From Escherichia phage UB, in the sequence record MH383160: a DNA stretch of 64,000 nt, one strand, 5' to 3'. The notes beneath the pieces were generated by a model. The model was not told where the DNA came from. It saw only the letters and a list, made by a program, of their open reading frames with translations, and ran no database searches. Position numbers and translations under genes: made by a program. How positions within the stretch are numbered: the stretch's first letter is position 1; each line of letters opens with the position of its first letter. Positions 60,385-64,000 of this stretch are shown here, piece after piece.

Positions 60385-61572
60385 ATGTTACCTTTTGCAA
60401 GAATGGTTAAGTACGGGAATAAAGTCATTCCATATGTTCCCAATTTTACTAAATTAGTCACCCCAGCAGTTGGTTATTCATTTACATGCACAATGCTGCT
60501 GGATGTAAATGGATCAGTGTGGGCTATGGGTCTTCAGAATGGTGGAATTTTTGGGTTAGGGAATACTACACAGGTTACTGAATGGACAAAAATATATAGC
60601 AATGTTAAAGATTTTTGGTGCAGTACAGGGAATGGGTTTTGTCTAATACGAACAAATGATGATAGATTCTTTTATAGTGGTTTAGATAAATGGCTAGGTA
60701 ATAATACAACAAATACTGTAACAACATTCACTGAATGTACGAGTTATTTTACACAATTTGGTATTTCAAAAATCAAAGAGATATATGTAGGTCTTGATTA
60801 TGCTTTGATTTTAGGTACTGATAATAGTTTATATTTGTTAGGTGATAATAAAAATTCAAAGTTTGGTTTAAACACTGCATCATATTTTAATAAATTTACA
60901 TTTTTAGTCGATAATGTTAAAAAATTCTGTTCATCCATCACACCCTCTAACTGGATTATTAAACTAGATAATACAATATGGCGTACTGGGACAACATCTC
61001 ATGGAACGTTGGGAAATGGAGTTCAAAACACATATATATTTCCTTGGGTTCAATATAAGGGCACACCTGTTACCGAAGCTATAGACGTTTTTTGTAGTGC
61101 GAGTTATATTGGTATTATAACTAAAGGTACACCAGAATCATGTCCTATGTATACAATGGGCTATCAAGCTGATGGTCAGTTGGGTAATAATACTACAGCA
61201 GGGGGTTATAAATTAACGCCAACGTTATCGAAAACCGTTCCAGATGATAGTGAATTCATTCGAATTGAAAACATCTCATCCCGTGGCCTGGTATATTATA
61301 GCTCTGGTAAAATTTATAGTACTGGTTATAATAACAATGGTCAATTGGCAAATAACAGTACAATTAATTCTGGTTCATTTGTTGAAGCAATTTTACCTGA
61401 TGGTGTTAATTTTAAGAAAAGTGAATCACTTGTAGCTGGGAACGATGCAACGTTGTATATGTACATTAATAATAAATTATACTACGCGGGGAAATCCCCT
61501 GATAATATTTCAGCAAGTAGTTCATCTGTCATGAAAGAGTTCCCACTTCCAACAATCAATGCCAGTACTTGA
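60385..61572 (+). CDS. RCC1-like repeat protein, MLPFARM paralog family
   Basis: ORF-track ORF 60223..61572 trimmed to ATG 60385 after AAAGGAGG; repeats GLQNGGIFGLGN, GYQADGQLGNN, GYNNNGQLANN. Confidence 0.6.
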   Translation: MLPFARMVKYGNKVIPYVPNFTKLVTPAVGYSFTCTMLLDVNGSVWAMGLQNGGIFGLGNTTQVTEWTKIYSNVKDFWCSTGNGFCLIRTNDDRFFYSGLDKWLGNNTTNTVTTFTECTSYFTQFGISKIKEIYVGLDYALILGTDNSLYLLGDNKNSKFGLNTASYFNKFTFLVDNVKKFCSSITPSNWIIKLDNTIWRTGTTSHGTLGNGVQNTYIFPWVQYKGTPVTEAIDVFCSASYIGIITKGTPESCPMYTMGYQADGQLGNNTTAGGYKLTPTLSKTVPDDSEFIRIENISSRGLVYYSSGKIYSTGYNNNGQLANNSTINSGSFVEAILPDGVNFKKSESLVAGNDATLYMYINNKLYYAGKSPDNISASSSSVMKEFPLPTINAST

Positions 61573-61590
61573 TACTGGTATTCTTATTTG
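61561..61590 (+). terminator. intrinsic terminator
   Basis: CCAGTA-CTTGA-TACTGG then T-rich run; overlaps stop codon. Confidence 0.55.
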
Positions 61591-61592
61591 TA

Positions 61593-61608
61593 TTAAATAT
61601 AGTATAAT
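61593..61608 (+). promoter_or_regulatory. -10-only promoter-like element
   Basis: TTAAATATAGTATAAT before RBS. Confidence 0.35.
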
Positions 61609-61624
61609 GAATAAAGGAGGAATT

Positions 61625-62812
61625 ATGTTACCTTTTGCAAGAATGATGAATTATGGGAATATTGTGCCTGTACCACTACAAATTAAGAAAATAATACCAA
61701 CTGATACTGATGTTGTTGTACTTTATACTGATGGTCAACTATACGCACGAGGAAATAATGCTTTTGGGAAGTTTGGAAGAGGCAACAACACTGCATTAAG
61801 AACATGGACATTAATTAGAGAAAACGTTAACGATTTCTGGATCACACAAGGAACTTTGTTAGTTCAAGATAATGACTTAAATTATTACTATTGTGGATAT
61901 GGTGATCATATTGGTTTACCAAGTAGTACTACTACGTTTTTAAGTTATAACCAATATATTGAAAATTTGTTCACGCAAAGTTCAAGTACTTCAATTAAAC
62001 AGATGTATGCAGGTACTACGTGGTTTACTTTCTTAATGGATAATAATACAATATGGAGTACTGGTTGGAGTGGGGGTAAACAATTCGCTGATGGTACGGG
62101 TAGTACTCAACAAATAACAGATGGATCATTTGTAAAAGCTGTCACGCCTGATGTTGATATTGCACAAATACAGTCAACAAATAACTGTGTAATGTTTTTT
62201 GATACACAAAATAATTTATATATTGGTGGTGGTACGTCAGGTATAAGTACTAGTACTACATGGACTTCATATAATGAATATACTTTATATAAACCAAGTA
62301 CAACATACACAAAAACGTTACAATACACTGGATGCTCAAGTGGTGCAGTCAGTGCTTTGGTTGAGAATCCAAGTACTGGTGCACGTCAGTTTCTAGTTGG
62401 TGGTTTAGCGAATAATGGTGCATGGGGCAACAATACCACAACCAGTTCAGCACTTGCTGTATTAGGGAGCAATAGTACGACATTACCACCCGGTACTTTG
62501 TATTCAATTCATACTGGATACCCAACACAATCTAGTATACTAGTTACGAGTACTGGTGTATATGCAACTGGTTTAAATGCGAGTAGTTATGCTGGCTCTT
62601 TGGGTGTAGGTTCTAATGTTACTATTGGTAAATTTACTGCATGTCCAATGCCTACACAAATAACATATTCTATGTATGATAAAATAAAAATATATAGAGG
62701 TTCATATCGTACATTTCTAACTGATATGAAAAATATATATTCAACCGGAACTTATGATGATGGTGGTCCTAGTACAACTAGATATGTACTAGATACACCC
62801 CGTCAATTATAA
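61625..62812 (+). CDS. RCC1-like repeat protein, MLPFARM paralog family
   Basis: ORF-track ORF trimmed to ATG 61625; repeat GNNAFGKFGRGN. Confidence 0.6.
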   Translation: MLPFARMMNYGNIVPVPLQIKKIIPTDTDVVVLYTDGQLYARGNNAFGKFGRGNNTALRTWTLIRENVNDFWITQGTLLVQDNDLNYYYCGYGDHIGLPSSTTTFLSYNQYIENLFTQSSSTSIKQMYAGTTWFTFLMDNNTIWSTGWSGGKQFADGTGSTQQITDGSFVKAVTPDVDIAQIQSTNNCVMFFDTQNNLYIGGGTSGISTSTTWTSYNEYTLYKPSTTYTKTLQYTGCSSGAVSALVENPSTGARQFLVGGLANNGAWGNNTTTSSALAVLGSNSTTLPPGTLYSIHTGYPTQSSILVTSTGVYATGLNASSYAGSLGVGSNVTIGKFTACPMPTQITYSMYDKIKIYRGSYRTFLTDMKNIYSTGTYDDGGPSTTRYVLDTPRQL

Positions 62813-62818
62813 TATAAT

Positions 62819-62849
62819 AGCCAGTACTCAGTACTGGCTTTCTTATTTG
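62819..62849 (+). terminator. intrinsic terminator
   Basis: 9-bp stem AGCCAGTAC-TCA-GTACTGGCT then T-rich run. Confidence 0.6.
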
Positions 62850-62851
62850 TA

Positions 62852-62867
62852 TTAAATATAGTATAAT
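62852..62867 (+). promoter_or_regulatory. -10-only promoter-like element
   Basis: TTAAATATAGTATAAT before RBS. Confidence 0.35.
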
Positions 62868-62883
62868 GAATAAAGGAGGAAGT

Positions 62884-63621
62884 ATGTTACCTTTTGGAAG
62901 AATGGTAAAGTACGGGAATAAAATTGAATATAAGCCAGATGGTGAACAATTAATCACGACAATAGGAACAACACAATTTACAGTTCCTGCTGGCGTTACC
63001 GAAATATCAGTATGTGTTATTTCGCCGGGTGGTCAACGTGGTGCTGGTGGCGGCTTATCGTGGCGTAATAATATTCCGGTTACTAGTGGTGAGTACTTAA
63101 GTGTTTCTCTTACACATCCCAACACTACTACACCAGTTGAAAACGGTTTATATCGTGGAACTGAAAAACTATGTGTTAGCTTCACTGGTGAATATAGGGT
63201 TGGTGGACTAGGTGGGAAAGCTGCTAACGCTATTAATGATGGTGGTGGTAATGGGGGCAACGCTGGTGTAAGTGGTGGTGCAGTCATTGGTGGTGGTGCT
63301 GGTGGCTACACTGGTAAAGGTGGTAACGGAGATGCAATCACTGGTGAAAATGGTGCTGGCGGCGGCGGTGGTGGTGGTGCATTCTATAATACCTCGTTCA
63401 TTGGTACGGGTGGTGGTACTGGTATCATTGTTCAAGGTGCTAATGGTATTGGCGGTAGATACGATGGTTCATATAATGGTGGTGCTGGTAGTGGTGGTGC
63501 TGGTAAGATGTATGGTGGTGGTGGTAGTATATGGGATAATTTTTCTTATACGGCTGCTGGTGGTGGTGCTGTGCGAATAATATGGGGACGTGGGAGATAT
63601 TATCCTAACAATTCAGTCTAA
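62884..63621 (+). CDS. MLPFGRM-family protein with glycine-rich C-terminal region
   Basis: ORF trimmed to ATG 62884; shared N-terminus MLPFGRMVKYGN; C-terminal 150 aa about half Gly (GGGAGGYTGKGGNGD..., GGGGGGGAF...). Confidence 0.55.
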   Translation: MLPFGRMVKYGNKIEYKPDGEQLITTIGTTQFTVPAGVTEISVCVISPGGQRGAGGGLSWRNNIPVTSGEYLSVSLTHPNTTTPVENGLYRGTEKLCVSFTGEYRVGGLGGKAANAINDGGGNGGNAGVSGGAVIGGGAGGYTGKGGNGDAITGENGAGGGGGGGAFYNTSFIGTGGGTGIIVQGANGIGGRYDGSYNGGAGSGGAGKMYGGGGSIWDNFSYTAAGGGAVRIIWGRGRYYPNNSV

Positions 63622-63628
63622 AATATAG

Positions 63629-63658
63629 GCCAGTACTTGATACTGGCTTTCTTATTTG
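63629..63658 (+). terminator. intrinsic terminator
   Basis: GCCAGTA-CTTGA-TACTGGC then T-rich run. Confidence 0.6.
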
Positions 63659-63660
63659 TA

Positions 63661-63676
63661 TTAAATATAGTATAAT
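63661..63676 (+). promoter_or_regulatory. -10-only promoter-like element
   Basis: TTAAATATAGTATAAT before RBS. Confidence 0.35.
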
Positions 63677-63693
63677 GAATAAGGAGGGGAATT

Positions 63694-64000
63694 ATGTTAC
63701 CTTTTGCAAGAATGGTTAAGTACGGGAATATAGCACCAGTTCCAGTAGTTCCTACAATAAAAGATTTTAAGATTGGCTTTTCACATGAAGTGTTATTGGA
63801 CAGTGCAGGTGATGCATGGGGTATTGGATACAATACAGATGGGCAGTTAGGCTTTTTGGATGCAAATACCAATTCACTAGGTGTGTGGTCTAAGATATAT
63901 ACTGATGTTCGATTAATTGGAGTTACTGCTAGATATACAGTGGTAGTTACTAATAATAATAGAATCCTTTACGCAGGAAATAACTTAATTTCTAGTACTA
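63694..64000 (+). CDS. RCC1-like repeat protein, MLPFARM paralog family (partial, continues beyond window end)
   Basis: ATG 63694 after AAGGAGGG; MLPFARMVKYGN...GYNTDGQLGF; no stop in window so absent from ORF track. Confidence 0.5.
   Translation, partial: MLPFARMVKYGNIAPVPVVPTIKDFKIGFSHEVLLDSAGDAWGIGYNTDGQLGFLDANTNSLGVWSKIYTDVRLIGVTARYTVVVTNNNRILYAGNNLISST

Noticed and set aside
63033-63872. Several overlapping ORFs on both strands in the glycine-rich region (63033..63287, 63208..63435, 63272..63580, 63618..63872)
   Set aside because: Artefacts of the GGT-rich low-complexity DNA; only the plus-strand frame continues the conserved MLPFGRM N-terminus and cassette.

Overview
64-kb AT-rich window with phage-like architecture: dense short genes, sigma70-type promoters, Shine-Dalgarno sites and intrinsic terminators; no rRNA, tRNA or CRISPR array was seen by eye. 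Almost all coding capacity is four lineage-specific tandem paralog arrays. (i) About 45 minus-strand genes (100-210 aa) sharing an acidic-FQ-S-[LT]-V motif, at 0.7-27.5 kb plus one outlier at 55.6 kb. (ii) About 32 genes of a ~70 aa family with an LGTxxQE core, at 27.5-33.4 kb plus 12.0-12.4 and 24.5-26.0 kb. (iii) About 19 genes of a ~60 aa family with an MHKEYY-type N-terminus, at 53.5-57.9 kb. (iv) At least six RCC1-like repeat proteins with a conserved MLPF(A/G)RM..YGN N-terminus on the plus strand (58-64 kb), each in its own terminator / -10 element / RBS cassette. Between them (33.6-51.6 kb) lies an early-region-like block of ~50 small minus-strand genes, most with their own TTGACA/TTGCAT-N16/17-TATAAT promoter, a GC-rich 5'UTR hairpin and a strong RBS; it includes a minimal protein-kinase-like protein, a GNAT-like protein and a TraR/DksA-like zinc-finger protein. 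A 1.9-kb non-coding region (51.6-53.5 kb) has convergent promoters and iteron-like direct repeats (candidate replication origin). AGTACT palindromes are strongly over-represented throughout. Nothing could be assigned to a named gene. That the replicon is a large virulent phage of a Gram-negative-type host is inference. All coordinates were derived by hand; minus-strand CDS ends include the stop codon, and several starts were moved from the ORF-track start to an internal ATG with an RBS.
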